Source of the DNA: Octopus vulgaris
Taxonomy: Eukaryota
Length of the DNA: 64,000 bases
Direction: 5' to 3'
NCBI GenBank assembly: GCA_951406725.2
Contig: OX597831.1
Coordinates: 68,200,001-68,264,000, forward strand
The notes beneath the pieces were generated by a model, which saw nothing but the letters and a program-made list of their open reading frames with translations, made no database searches and was not told the DNA's origin. Below are positions 39,342-52,210 of this stretch, one piece after another. The translations under genes were made by a program, and so were the position numbers. The first letter of the stretch is position 1; each line of letters begins with the position of its first letter.

Positions 39342-39407
39342 ATAGAGTCTGATGAGATGTCCACAAGGCAAGAGCTTTCATGGATATGAAATCATTGGTC
39401 ACTCTAT
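39342..39407 (+). ncRNA. Minimal type I hammerhead ribozyme motif (Penelope-associated)
   Basis: Stem I atagagt/actctat, core CTGATGA (39349-55), stem II tgtcca/tggata, GAAA (39388-91), short stem III tc-att-gg, cleavage triplet GTC (39398-400). Confidence 0.8.
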
Positions 39408-39491
39408 GACCAGAATTTAACTTTTTGTTTTAATGCTTACTGTTCTATTCTTTAGAGTGTACTTATTTTTCTGATATATATTATATTGACA

Positions 39492-39554
<63 letters not shown>

Positions 39555-39621
39555 TGTGCATGTATGTATGTATGTATATATATATATATATGTGTGTGTG
39601 TATTTATGTAGTTATATATAA

Positions 39622-39675
<54 letters not shown>
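39492..39675. repeat. Compound (TG)n/(TA)n microsatellite
   Basis: Direct reading. Confidence 0.95.
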
Positions 39676-39677
<2 letters not shown>

Positions 39678-39922
39678 TTATTTGAGGGAATAAAATCCAA
39701 ACTTACAAGGAAAAAAATTCAATTTAGAAATACTAAATCAAATTTCACACAATATAATATATATATAAAAAATTAGAAAAAACCCACCTTTTATCAATTC
39801 AAAATGAACAATTAAATTACACCATCTAGAAAATTACATATAATAGAAAAATTAAAATTAAAATAATTAAAATAATAAAATGTCAAAGATTAAATAAATT
39901 GCAAAAAATAATAATAAAAACG

Positions 39923-39975
<53 letters not shown>

Positions 39976-40009
39976 TGCACACACATAAATATATATATGC
40001 TTATGAATT

Positions 40010-40480
40010 TGTTCTTACTGTTCTTCTTACTGTCCAGAAATCTTTTGTCACTCATCTGTAACCTTCTCAGCGACACTTTCTGTCTTTGTGTGTGCTCTTG
40101 CTATGCTTATCCCATTCTGTTCTTCTATGATGTGTATCCTTATATGTGCATGCATCTGAGTTTGTGTGTGTGTATGTGTGAGCGTGTGTGTGTGTATGTG
40201 TGCGTCATTGTTCTTAGTAGCATTATTACCCTCCCCTCAGCCCTGTTGGGGTTACTAAGCACTACTCAGTGCTGCTAAGAATAATGATACACACACACAT
40301 GTACACACACACACGCACAAACACAGACGCATGCACATATAAGGATATACACCATAGAAGACCAGAATGGAATAAGCAGAGCAAGAGCACACACAAAGTC
40401 AGAAAGTGTTGCCAAGGAGGTCACAGATGAGTGACAAAAGATTTCTGGTCAATAGACATGAGTTAGAATAAGAACAGCAA
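40010..40480. repeat. Long imperfect inverted repeat (foldback element), ~200-bp arms
   Basis: ccagaaatcttttgtcactcatctgt..tatccttatatgtgcatgc..tcattgttcttagtagca is mirrored by tgctgctaagaataatga..gcatgcacatataaggata..acagatgagtgacaaaagatttctgg. Confidence 0.9.
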
Positions 40481-40589
40481 TAAATGAGTGAGGAATGAAT
40501 ATACAGAGCATGTGTTTATTTGGCAAAAAAAATGACCGTCCCAAAATACAATAATATATACATATCACATAAATCGAAATTGATCAACA

Positions 40590-40914
40590 TAATGGAGATT
40601 GTAGCTGTGATACCAGTGCCGGTGGCATGTAAGAGAACCATCCGAACATGGCCATTGCCAGCGCCGCCCCGACTGGCCTCCGTGCCGGTGGCACGTAAAA
40701 AGCACCATCCGATCGTGGCCGTTTGCTAGCCTCGTCTGGCACATAAAAAGTACCCACTACATTCACGGAGTAGTTGGCGTAAGGAAGGGCATCCAGCTGT
40801 AGAAACACTGCCAGATCAGACTCGGTCTGGTGCAGCCTTCTGGCTTCCCAGACCCCAGTTGGACCGTCCAACCCATGCAAGCATGGAAAGTGGACGTTAA
40901 ACGATGATGATGAT
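40590..40914 (+). mobile_element. RTE 3'-UTR-derived short element
   Basis: Homology to 13342-13805; (GAT)n tail. Confidence 0.85.
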
Positions 40915-41230
40915 ATATATAAAATGTTAGACTGCATGATTATCAAGCAGCTCACTATGTGAAAAATATGATTAAATCATATTTAGGGATGCTTTAGAAT
41001 TGTAATATTTGAGCTATAACCTCATTTAGTAACTGGGGTAAGCTAATGAGGGTTTAATTGTTTTCAGTAATTAACTTGTGACACTCTTGCAAATGACACA
41101 CTCTGGCTAAATACCTACAGACTGATGTCTGTCACAAAAATGTGTTCAGTGAGTGAACTAAGGCTTGACACACTGTTTGCAACAGAGTGAATCCCATTAA
41201 ATGTTGCTAACGATAAACAAGATATGAGAT

Positions 41231-41641
41231 ACTCTTTACTATTTTACTTGCCTCAGTCACCCAACTGCGGCCATGCTGGAGCACCACCTTTTAGTCGAGC
41301 AAATCGACCCCAGGACTCACTCTTTGTAAGCCCAGTACTTATTCTATCGGTGTCTTTTGCTGAACCGCTAAGTTACGGGGACGTAAACACACCAGCATCG
41401 GTTGTCAAGCGATGTTGAGGGGGACAAACACAGACACACAAACACATACACACAAATATATATATATACATATATACAACAGGCTTCTTTCAGTTTCCGT
41501 CTACCAAATCCACTCACAAGGCTTTGGTCGGCCCGAGGCTATAGTAGAAGACACTTGCCCAAGGTGCCACGCAGTGGGACTGAACCCGGAGCCATGTGGT
41601 TGGTAAGCAAGCTACTTACCACACAGCCACTCCTACGCCTG
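41231..41641 (-). mobile_element. SINE family A
   Basis: Homology to other copies. Confidence 0.9.
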
Positions 41642-42733
41642 TCAACACTTCTTTCAAAATTGGGAGAAAATATTGTTTAGTGGCATCCTATGCGAGTCTT
41701 GTAACAACTAGGTATGCAACTATTGGAAAATGAAATATTTTTGCTGCTCTAATCCCCAGACGGAATTACCATCAACTCAAAATGTGTGTTTTTCTAATTT
41801 GTTCCTGGTACTTAGTTTTGCAAGAAATACAGAAAGTAGAATGAAGTATAATCCAAAATTGAAACAACCCATGTGGGTCTGCCAGCAACAAGTAAGCCAA
41901 TGGAAATGTAGTAAAGAAAAATTATTATTTAATGCAATGCAAATGTAATTGCTATGAGGAGCAAAATATAATTATGGATGTTTGGGTTTAGATAGAAAGG
42001 AAAGAGAATTGTGTGTGGTGTTATACAAGAATGATGATAATATTGCAGATTTATGTGAACTAACAGTTATAATATATATCTGTTATACAAGAGTCAGGGT
42101 TGTAGTGCGTAATAATTTGAAGTGAATATTTTTAAACATACAGCTGCTGGTTTTTAAAACAAGAATTTTTAGCAATTACTAATTTTTGTTTGCATCCTAA
42201 GATTACCCAAAATATGCATCATCTTCCAGAGACATTAATCAGAGATTGCATTTATGGTCTAGTACTTCTTCAAAAATAGAATCATTATAGATGATAATAG
42301 AAATGTTTGCTAAAAGCAAAAATGCGTTTTTTTATGATTGCCTTCAGGAAAAACTTTTTGTGTAATATAATTATTATTGTTGTTGTTGTTGCACTGTTGA
42401 TGACATTTGTTAAAGTAAATTAAAGTTGAGTGTTGAAGCTGCAAATATTTATTTCCCACAACATTTCCAGCTAGACAGGCTGGAAATATTCAATTATAAT
42501 AAATACTTTTGGATTGACCTTATTGTCTGTTTCAACACTTAAAATCATTATTGGATTCTTTTTTTGTTTATTTTTATTTTTATTTTTCTTCTATGTTGTA
42601 ATACTTACTAAACTGTGTATATTACTGAAATCAAAATATTGATTTATATTCTGTCATATAAAATTCAAGCGTTATGTATTCTTAAATTCAAATGTTGTAA
42701 ACTAGTTGAAGTATTCTTGACAAAGATGAATTT

Positions 42734-43008
42734 TGAGTGGATTTGACAGATGGAAACTGAAAGAAGCCTGTCATATTTATATCATTGCTTCACTCCCCAT
42801 CACCACTGCTTGACAACTGGTGCAGGTATGTTTACATCCGTGTAACTTAGCGGTTTGGCAAAAGAGACTGGTAAATTATGTACCAAGCTTTAAAACAAAA
42901 TAAGTACAGGGGTTGATATCTCCGACTAAAATTTCAAGGTGGTGCCCCAGTATGGCCATAGCCTAATGACTAAAGCAAGTAAAAAATAAAAGATAAAAAT
43001 GATAAAGA
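42734..43008 (+). mobile_element. SINE family A, older truncated copy
   Basis: gagtggatttg..ggaaactgaaagaagcc..ggtggtgccccagtatggcc; diverged. Confidence 0.75.
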
Positions 43009-44067
43009 TATTTTTTAGGAATATAAACTTATTAAAATAAATGAATTTATCAGAAAATAATTTTTTCTAATACACATCAGATAGTGAATATTGCCTGATC
43101 ATCAAAAAGATTTAGAGGATGTGAATCTGCAATCAGGTTTCAATTTTTCATTAAAGCCATTTACTTTGAATGCTTTATGTATTTTGAAAAATGCTTTGAA
43201 GTCACAATTATCCCTTATAAATACCATTACATTCATATTTTGAGAAAACCAGAAAAAACTTCACAGTGATAAATATTTAATTTAGACATATCAAACTGTG
43301 AAGTTTCTTTCTTTTGATAAATGACCCATAATTTTTAATTCCCAGAAAATGAAGTGTTGAGATATTTGTGTCTTATCCTTGAAACCTAGAATAAAATGAT
43401 CTTACCTAAGAGATGAAGTTGTGTAACAATTCCAGATCATGAGAAATTTACCTTGTTCCCTAGTATACACTGCATGAAACAAAAAAAGACTGTTCACTGA
43501 AAATTTGTCTTACATGTGTGTGTTTAAGTGTATGCATGAATATATGATAAACCCTTTTATTTCCTGTACTAAGAGTAACTTACCACCTGAATCTCTAAAT
43601 ATCCACAACATATCCATTTAATGTGTATTTTTATATCTTGGTAAGAAACCATGGCTTTTAAGTGTTTTTACTCAACAACTATAAGACAAATGGGCTTACT
43701 AATCAAATGGTTCCCAGTTCATAATATAAAATACATTGAAATCTCCAATATCACTGTCCACAGGGCTGTAAATAAGTAAATTAGTGTGATTAAACTGCTT
43801 TCTTCAAGAAGCATTTGCTATATATTATTGATGAGGTGTTTTTTCAGTTGGAATTTCTGAGTTCAAATCCAACCATTTAAAGAGTAATTCATTATCATCA
43901 TCACTTAGCATCCATTTTCCATGTCAGTATGAGTCAGACAGTTTTATTAGAACTGGTAAGTTGGAGAGCTGCACTGGGCTCTAGTCTGTTTTGGCTTGGT
44001 TTCTATGGCTGGCTGCCCTTCCTAACCTTGACCACTGCACAGTGTACTGGGTGCTATTTACATGTCA

Positions 44068-44294
44068 CCAGTACAGGTACCTTTTATGTGTTATCAGCAC
44101 AGGTACCTTTTATGTGTTATCAGCATGGGTACCTTTTATGTGTTATCAGCATGGGTACCTTTTATATGTTATCAGCATGGGTACCTTTTATGTGTTATCA
44201 GCATGGGTACCTTTTATGTGTTATCAGCACAGGTACCTTTTATGTGTTATCAGCATGGGTACCTTTTATGTGTTATCAGCATGGGTACCTTTTA
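44068..44294. repeat. 26-bp minisatellite, 9 copies (cagcatgggtaccttttatgtgttat)
   Basis: gtaccttt recurs at 44077, 44103, 44129 ... 44285. Confidence 0.95.
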
Positions 44295-45360
44295 AATGTC
44301 TCTGGCACTGGCCATGACTACAATTTCCCTTAGTTTAATGTGTCTTCTCAAGCACAGCAAATTGCTAAGAATCTCATTGATTTGCCATCACCTCTGTGAG
44401 ACTCAACATCTGAAGATCGTATTTCATGATATCATCTCATGCCATTCTTTGTCTATCCCTTTCACAGGTTCCCTCCACAGTTAAAGGTCAGCACTCCTTT
44501 ATGCAGCTGCCCTCATCTATATACTTCACAAAGCCATACCTGTAGAGCCTTCTCTTTTGCACATTACATTTGATGGCTCTTAAACCCAATTTTTCTTTTA
44601 AGACACTCACACTGACATGGTACATGAAGCTAGTACATTGAACTATGTCCTCTGCTGTCACAGCCCATGTTTTGCTACCATGTAGTATGGCTGCTCACAT
44701 GCAGGCATCATACAGTCTGCCTTTCACTCTGAGGTAGAAGCCTTTGTTATTAAAGATAGCAACTCTCTGAACTTCGCCCAACCCATGCCTATTCTAGCAG
44801 CTACACTCTCAGAGCATCCTTCCCCACAACTGATTTGGTCTCCTAGATAACAGAAACTATCTACTACTTCTAAATACCCCACTAGGCATTTGACGAAATC
44901 AATACTTTGTACATTCCTAATGTTTATTGCACCTACACATCTGCCTTACGCAAAGACTACTTTCTCTGTTAGCCTGTCTCTTATTCTACTGGACCTCTTA
45001 TGTGTCTATAGCTTACACTGGGTACACCTAATGGAGTTTCTACCAACAAATTCTCTATATATTGAGCAGAGCCATCTTCCTGAAGGGATTTGCAATGTGT
45101 CTGTTTTCCTACTTATTAAGACTTTGGTCTTTGATAAAGTAAATCTAAGACACTTTAATTCCAGACCTTCCACACCTGAAATTTTTTCTCTAGTTCTGGT
45201 TGTGATTCAGCTATAAGAACAAGGTCATCAGCTCAGAGGAGCTCCCATAAATTCTGTTATGGCCTGGAGGACTAAGATGAAACAGATGGGACTGAGAACT
45301 GATCCCTGATGAACTGGCTATACACCGAATTCATTGCCATGCTTGTTACCAACTTTCACC

Positions 45361-45751
45361 TTTCTCTTTTACTTGTTTCAGTCATGTGACTGTGGTCATG
45401 CTGGAGCACCGCCTTTAGTTGAACAAATCGACCCCGGGACTTATTCTTTGTAAGCCTAGTACTTAATCTATCAGTCTGTTTTGCCAAACCGCTAAGTTAC
45501 GGGTACGTAAACACACCAGCATTGGTTGTCAAGCGATGTTGGGGGGACAAACACAGACACACACAAACACACACACACACGCATATATATATATACATAT
45601 ATACGACGGGCTTCTTTCAGTTTCCGTCTACCAAATCCACTCACAAGGCTTTGGTCGGCCTGAGGCTATAGTAGAAGACACTTGCCCAAGGTGCCATGCA
45701 GTGGGACTGAACCCGGAACCATGTGATTAGTAAGCAAGCTACTTACCACAC
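45361..45751 (-). mobile_element. SINE family A nested in the RTE LINE
   Basis: Homology to other copies. Confidence 0.9.
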
Positions 45752-47285
45752 ATGGCTTGTATGGATCTCACCAACCATTCATCTATCCCTAGGTTCCACA
45801 TTGACTCCCAGATAAGGGAGTGGGGGACCCTATCAAAGGCTTTCTCCATGTCAGCAAAAGCCAGGTACAAAGGTTTATTTTTGGCCAAGTGCCTCTGCAG
45901 TTGCCTTACTAGTAATATAATATTGGTGGTGCTTCTCCCTCATTGCATTAAATAACTACTGTTATGACTGGAAATTTTAGGACTCACATTGGTAACAATG
46001 ATTTACCTCACCTCAAATAATTCAAATTTCTAAGTCATATTAAATTTGATTGTAAAAATTGTTTACTGATTGACTTGTCAGCTACTTAAATATATAAAAT
46101 TGTAAATTTTCTCTTGTAATGGCATTAATCCATCGATGATAAAACGTTTTCATCGATTTGGCAGGAGTTATTCTTATCTTAAAAATTTACAAAAATCAGT
46201 TTGAAATGTCATTTGATCTAAAAATAGTGTTTTTTTATGGAATTTATCTGATATTTTGGCAACAGTTTCAATATTGATTCCTGATTTTGGCACAAGGCCA
46301 CACATATCAATATAATATTCAATTGAATCAATTTAATTCATAACTGGTATTTATTTTGACAACTGTTTAAAAGCAGCTTCAGTATAATTTGAGCTCTTAA
46401 TATAAAGGAACACAACTAAACACATAGTTAAACAACATTTACAACTTGATTAGTGTTTGATATTGTGTTCCTTAATTCATTAGGTCCTCACCACTTCTTG
46501 AAGTGCATCGTGAGCAAGTCAGCTGCCTGTTAACAGTACTTCACTATTTTCAATATAGATATATTTTGAACAGCTTGGTCCTTGATTCAGTACTGTAAGC
46601 TTACAGAATATTGGCTTGCAATCCCTTTGGTGATTAGGATACTCACTTATGATATAATACAGTAACTATTTACAATAACTTGGATTACTGAGAGATGTTT
46701 CTTTGGTGAGCAAACATTGATTACTTTTTGGTTAACAATTGAGCAGTCTGTTAACTCAGCCATCTGTGATTCCCATACAGTCATTGTTGTTATTGTTTAT
46801 ACTCAGGTTAATATTAATCAAACAGATCTATAATCAAAAATATTCCAGACATGACCAAAATATCCCTTTTGGAATATCTAGGATTACATAATCACATGTA
46901 CTTTTTCCCTTTTAAGATGCAATTTCAGTAAGATTTTATTGCTATTTTTAGCAACTCAGTTGACTTCCTAGTAAGTTAATTCTTTGGTTTTTATCATTAT
47001 ATAATAATGAGTGATCTTTTTTTATCATTATATAATATATAATAATATTATATAATAATTATATATATAATAATGAGTGATCTTGTTTTTTTCCTTTAAA
47101 GCATAATAAATAGACTAAACACAAGTTTCTGAATTAAATGTGTCATTGATGACAAAATATTCAACAAGAACATTTCCTTATATTTAAATTTCATTCTATT
47201 TAGACTTGCTGCCAAGTGTAAAATTTCACTATGAACTACACCCAGATAGCAATGACAATGCCATGTTACTCTGTTCTCTTTTTAC

Positions 47286-47297
47286 CTTTTCATCTAC
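47286..47297 (-). other. Candidate 12-nt microexon (VDEK), or start of a short terminal exon, of an unidentified minus-strand host gene
   Basis: ttttttttttctttctttgacag|GTAGATGAAAAG|gtaaaa; only phase 0 is stop-free. Confidence 0.3.
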
Positions 47298-48226
47298 CTG
47301 TCAAAGAAAGAAAAAAAAAACACATTTAGAAAAGTCATCAACCAAAATATTTATTCTTTGTTACGACTTGTTGTTTCTACTTTCCTGCCTGAAATACAGC
47401 ATTGAAACAAAAGAGAAACTAATAGCTATTACGAATTCAGTGGCAACTGAAATTTACCATTTATGAATCATGACATACTAGGAATCCTCAGTCTCCCTAA
47501 TTTGCTCCCACACAAATTATTTTTACTTTGCCAAATTTCAAATTGTTCAATCAGTGATGGACGTGGAGGATATCTACATGATATCTACATTATTCCTAGA
47601 TTTACAGAAAAGCCACTAAACTAATATATTTCTTCATTGGTACTTTGCCAATTTAGTGTTGAATGATGGGAATAAGTTTACAAATAATTCGTTATTAAAT
47701 ATTGCTTTTGTTTTATGCTCATAAGTATATAGCAATTCAACATTTTAAAGTTAATTAATTATGGAATCTGACATTTTTATTTTTAACTTCTATTGAAATG
47801 CAAATAATAGATAATGACCTTTAAATTAATTCCATTTCTCTTCTTTGAATTTTGGCTAGCTTGGCAAATATCTTCTTCGTTTTATTCCTAAGTGCATTTC
47901 TTTTCTGTCAAATATAATAGAACTAATATTTTAGGATGTCACTCAGCTTGAAGTAACAGCCAAATCTTCTAATCAAACCTTACTATATAAAAAGAAGGAA
48001 AATTACACTGAACATTGAAGTCCTACTCCCAGAAGTTGGGTTGGGCATGATTGGAATGATTTTGATTATAGATCTATTAAACGAAAGCTAACCAGTCCCT
48101 AAGCAACATCAACAACCACCTCATAGACATTATACTAACTTTTTATCACTCACATGTATTCATTATAAACATAATTAATGTGGAGAGAATTAAAATGATT
48201 ATACAATGAGGAAGAAACAACGTTAT

Positions 48227-48514
48227 GTGGAGGCACATGGCCTAGTGGTTAGAGCTGCGGACTCATGGTCGAGGGATAGTGGGTTCGAATCTCAGACCGG
48301 GCGATGTGTGTGTTTATGAGTGAAAACATCTAAGCTCCACACAGCTCCGGCAGAAGGTAATGGGGAAACTTCTGCTGACTCTTTCGCCACAACTTTCTCT
48401 CACTCTTTACTCCTGCATCTTGCAGCTCACCTGTGATGGACTGGCGTCCCATTCAGGTGGGGAGCCTATACACCACAAAACCAGGAAACCGGCCCTTATG
48501 AGCCAGGCACGGCT
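48227..48514 (+). mobile_element. SINE family B, tail type 2
   Basis: tggcctagtggttagagc A-box, gggttcgaatc B-box; homology to 24329. Confidence 0.88.
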
Positions 48515-49163
48515 AGTCAATGACTATTGTTACTTCAATTGTTTTGACCCCAGTAGTGATAATGTTGGCAAATACTTAAAAATCTTTACGTGTTAGTATA
48601 GATCTAAATAAACCTGTTTTGATTTGAAAGCCTGCAAGGACTGTTCAGGTTTGAATAAGTGTAACATCTTTACTATGCACATGTTTCTGTGCTTCATTGA
48701 ATTATGATTATAAATCTGTCAAACTAATTAGCTGCTTTTCACATTTTTTCAACTTAACACATAGTAATGGTTCTAAATTGACAAGAATCAATTAGGTGAC
48801 AAGTCTTTGTGTGCTATCACCTCTTGACAATTACTCTACCTTACTGGGCATTACTAATTTTGCTACTACAAGTTTCATCCCTTTTTTTTCAAATAACGTT
48901 GCAAATAGTCATAAACTGAGAGGGTGTGATTTAGTTTTATTGATTGACCTGATACACTCTTTTAAGATATACAATTCACCATTGAACTGTACGATGCCTT
49001 AAAAGGACTTTTCTTAGATAGAAGATGGTATCTGTGTAATACATATTGAACAGTACTTACATCAGAAAGCTTTTTCTTGAGTAGGGCAGTGAATTGTCTT
49101 TACTGCTAATCATTGCAGCTGCACCATTAGTGGCTACTTGTATGTATATATATATATACACAC

Positions 49164-49679
49164 ATGGTGGCTGCCCCCTCATTATCGAGTATGGCCATTG
49201 CACGAAGCTTAATCAATGCTGTTATTTTATAAAAGAAGATTTCTTTTTAAAGTGAGGTAAGGCTGTGCACTGAGTTAATCGCACTCACTAAACAACAGCA
49301 GCCATAATCCGAAAAGAAGAACAAATCAACATCATCGGTAACCACTGAGCCGCAGGTTTTATGTCGGAGTTATCCCAGTTACCTGAGCTACCTTCTCCTA
49401 GAAGGATACCCTAACAAAGGCTAGAAGTCCTTCACACCCAATGGTTTAACCACGCGATTGGGTATTCAGTCCGATTATTTCTATGTCCCTGCACATGATA
49501 CATCCTTAAGACATTTACTGGATGGCCATTGACTCTCAAGAGTTTCTGTAGGGTGTCCAATAAACACCCTTCTCACCAAGCAAGCTTGGTGGGGTTGCCG
49601 GTTTAGTCACCGACGACCCGACCATGCAACAGGTTGTACTGGGTTACATGTTACCAGTAGCACTCGAAAGTGACCTGAC
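49164..49679 (-). mobile_element. Second copy of the ~550-bp RTE-derived non-autonomous element
   Basis: Colinear with 5956-6510, with two small deletions. Confidence 0.75.
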
Positions 49680-49716
<37 letters not shown>

Positions 49717-50718
49717 TATGTATATACATACATACACACACATGTGAAATTTGACTGGTGACCACTGCTGCTGCTATCTGTTGTTGTCTTGTTGTCTTGT
49801 TTACGAAATAGGGTTTGCTAAAAAATAAAAGATGGGTGAGTAGGTGGGGGAATTTACGTCAAGGGAAGAGAATTGCCGAGAAAGAGATTTTTTTAAATAC
49901 TTATTTTGTTATGCTTCTATATATGTCATTCTTATTTGCTTTTTTGGGGTTTTTTTGTTTTTTGAAAGTAGATGCAGATAAATTTAAATTTATTTCATTC
50001 TAAATTGGAACTTATCAATACACTGCAACTTTGGATAAAACTACATGGTCATTTAAAACATTCAGCAGTTACATAAACGATCAACTGTTTTTAATTATGA
50101 AGAGAAAAGATGTAAGAGAAGGAGGGCATTAAAAGCCCCTAAGTCACTTACAATCTAGATTACAATTAACATTATACAGTGTACAATCGATATTTTCTAT
50201 TTCTTCTACTTTTAATAATGGAGAAGAGATTGATTCATAGAAAGTCTCTTACATTCTTAAGATTTTATTCTGGGAGTCTTTCACAGGTTTTATTTTATTC
50301 TCCCATTTATCATTGCTTTTTTATCCAGTACATATTCGCCTTGTTTGTTAGTTCATGTAGATACGATTACCATTTTCTCTACAAACTACATACAAGCCCT
50401 CTTTCATTCTTTTTGGGTGGGAATGTGAGATCTTTGGTCGTTTTCCTATGCTGTATATCACATCAGGATGATTTTGGATTAGATTCCAGTGTTTCATCTT
50501 GCTATGGCATCTTGCCATCAGTTTATTGTGTTGCATTCAGATTTCAACCATTGTTCAACATACACGTGTGAAATTTGACTGGTGATCACTGCTTCTGCTA
50601 TCTGTGGTTGTTTTGTTTAAAAGGCAGAAAGAAATAGGATTTGCTAAGAAAAAAAGGGGGCAGAACTTTCCCTCAAGGAGAGAGAATCTCTAAGAGAGAT
50701 AGTTTTAGTACTTATTTT

Positions 50719-51145
50719 GGATCTTTTCAGTTTGAACGGCAGTTTTTTCTAGCGGTGTCATATGAAATTGTCACCCATAATTATTACCCTAGTATCGATC
50801 TATTGCATTTCAATCTGTTTTAGGGTTAGGGTTAGTTAGGATTTGGGGAGGGGGGAAGGGTATCTTTTTTTCTTCACAAATGTAAATAAACCCAATCTGT
50901 TTCTTAAACGAGGGACATAATCATACGGCACAGAATGCTTTTTACCTCAATAGACGTCAGTGATTGGTTGAAATTGCAGAAATTGAAGAAAAAAAACAAC
51001 AAATATCTTACAAACTATAGAATTTTCTCAATAAAGCCAAGAGAAAAAGATGTTTTATAAACACAGTCTACCAGTATACAAAGTTTAAAATTTTTTAGTT
51101 ACCTAGAAATTATGTTAAAAACTGCCGTTCAAACTGAAAAGATCC
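50719..51145. mobile_element. MITE with GGATC TIRs, 8-bp TSD and internal TTAGGG repeats (copy 1)
   Basis: TIR ggatcttttc.gtttgaacggcagtttt; TSD cttatttt (50711-18, 51146-53). Confidence 0.93.
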
Positions 51146-51171
51146 CTTATTTTATACTTACACACACATAC

Positions 51172-52210
51172 TGGGAGCAGCAAGTATTTGGTAATAAGGC
51201 ATCTGTCATCTGGTAAAATTTAGGCACATTCTCAATGAGCTTTCTTATAAGATTATTCTGACTGTTTCAATGCCTCATTGACATTCTTGCAATAAATGCT
51301 TCTTATTCAAATTGGATGTCATCTGGACAATGTTGGCCTTCTGTGAAGGCAGTCACCACTTTAGGATTACATGATTGCAAAAGCTGTCTAAGATCCATTG
51401 TTGGGTTACATGGGCTTTATGAGAAGGAGCTGAGTTTTGTTGAAAAATGTTTTGCCTTCTGCATACTTCATCTATCCAGAGCTTATCAGCTGTTTCCAGC
51501 ACTTCACCAAATCCAACATCATTAATTCTAAAACTTTGTGAGGTTTGTGGAAAGATATGACCTTTGTTACTCACCACTCCTAAAACCATCACAGTTGCTA
51601 GGAACTTAGTGTGCATCACTAAGGATCAGCACATAACTATCTAATATTTCTCCAGTTAAACTGTTGGGCTTAGTGGAAGGTTTTCTCATCAGAGAAGATC
51701 CAAAGTATGCCTTGTTAAGTAACCACTTGGTATGGATCAAATGGATTTCTTGTCTCTTTGCCCTCTCCTCAGTTCATGCAATTTGTAATGAAATGTCCTC
51801 AAGATCCACAATTCTGATAGTCCACTACATCACTAGAATTTTTTTGGCGATGGCTCTCAGTGATTTTCTGGGATCATCAGGGATCATGTTTTGAACCTGT
51901 TGAATGAATTGTGGTGTTCTTATACTGTTCAAACATTTAAAATGTCTTTCTCTTCAATACATTTGAAACATTCCTGCCAGTGGCTTTCAATTCCATCCAA
52001 ACTTTTGTACAAAAGATCTTGCTGTATTTAGAAAGTTGGCTACTTTCAAATCATTGTGTTCCAAATACAGGCAACAATGACTGTATGTCTTTTCATTTTT
52101 GTGTTAGCATTTTATCTGCCATGGGAGAATGTGAAAGAAATAAAAATCTTTTAACCAATTTACAGAGAGTAATATACTGCCTTCAAATACTGATAACACT
52201 CTCTCTCTGT
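51172..52210 (-). mobile_element. Decayed maT/DD37D-like transposon (related to 29967-31161)
   Basis: MHTKFLATVMVLGVVSNKGH..FQQNSAPSHKA. Confidence 0.8.

Larger units (their letters stand above)
37828..39440 (+). mobile_element. Penelope-like (Neptune-type) element 3' remnant: RT C-terminus, low-complexity linker, GIY-YIG endonuclease C-terminus, terminal repeat region
   Basis: PFSLSIKSCVGRIFLRLIDKHFTQTHRYRHLFNRHNLKVYFSC at ~37830-37960; TSLASHVWHLKDQGTPYDIRWKII..Y..ICIAERTKIL..MLN..EVFSK at ~39000-39200. Confidence 0.85.
43890..45945 (-). mobile_element. Decayed RTE-clade LINE (same family as 2667-3945), interrupted by SINE A
   Basis: Minus strand FADMEKAFDRVP, HQGSVLSP, LL*ADDL, EVVDSFCYLGD, GWAKFREL; 3' UTR and (GAT)n tail at ~43890. 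Confidence 0.9.

Noticed and set aside
43929-44333. Repetitive ORFs and CRISPR-like appearance
   Set aside because: Head-to-tail 26-bp minisatellite with no unique spacers, no cas genes, eukaryotic context
48227-48300. tRNA gene
   Set aside because: tRNA-like SINE head continuing into the SINE body, with no proper acceptor stem; the same holds for the other SINE heads
50819-50860. True telomere or chromosome fusion site
   Set aside because: Only a few TTAGGG units, internal to a TSD-flanked MITE
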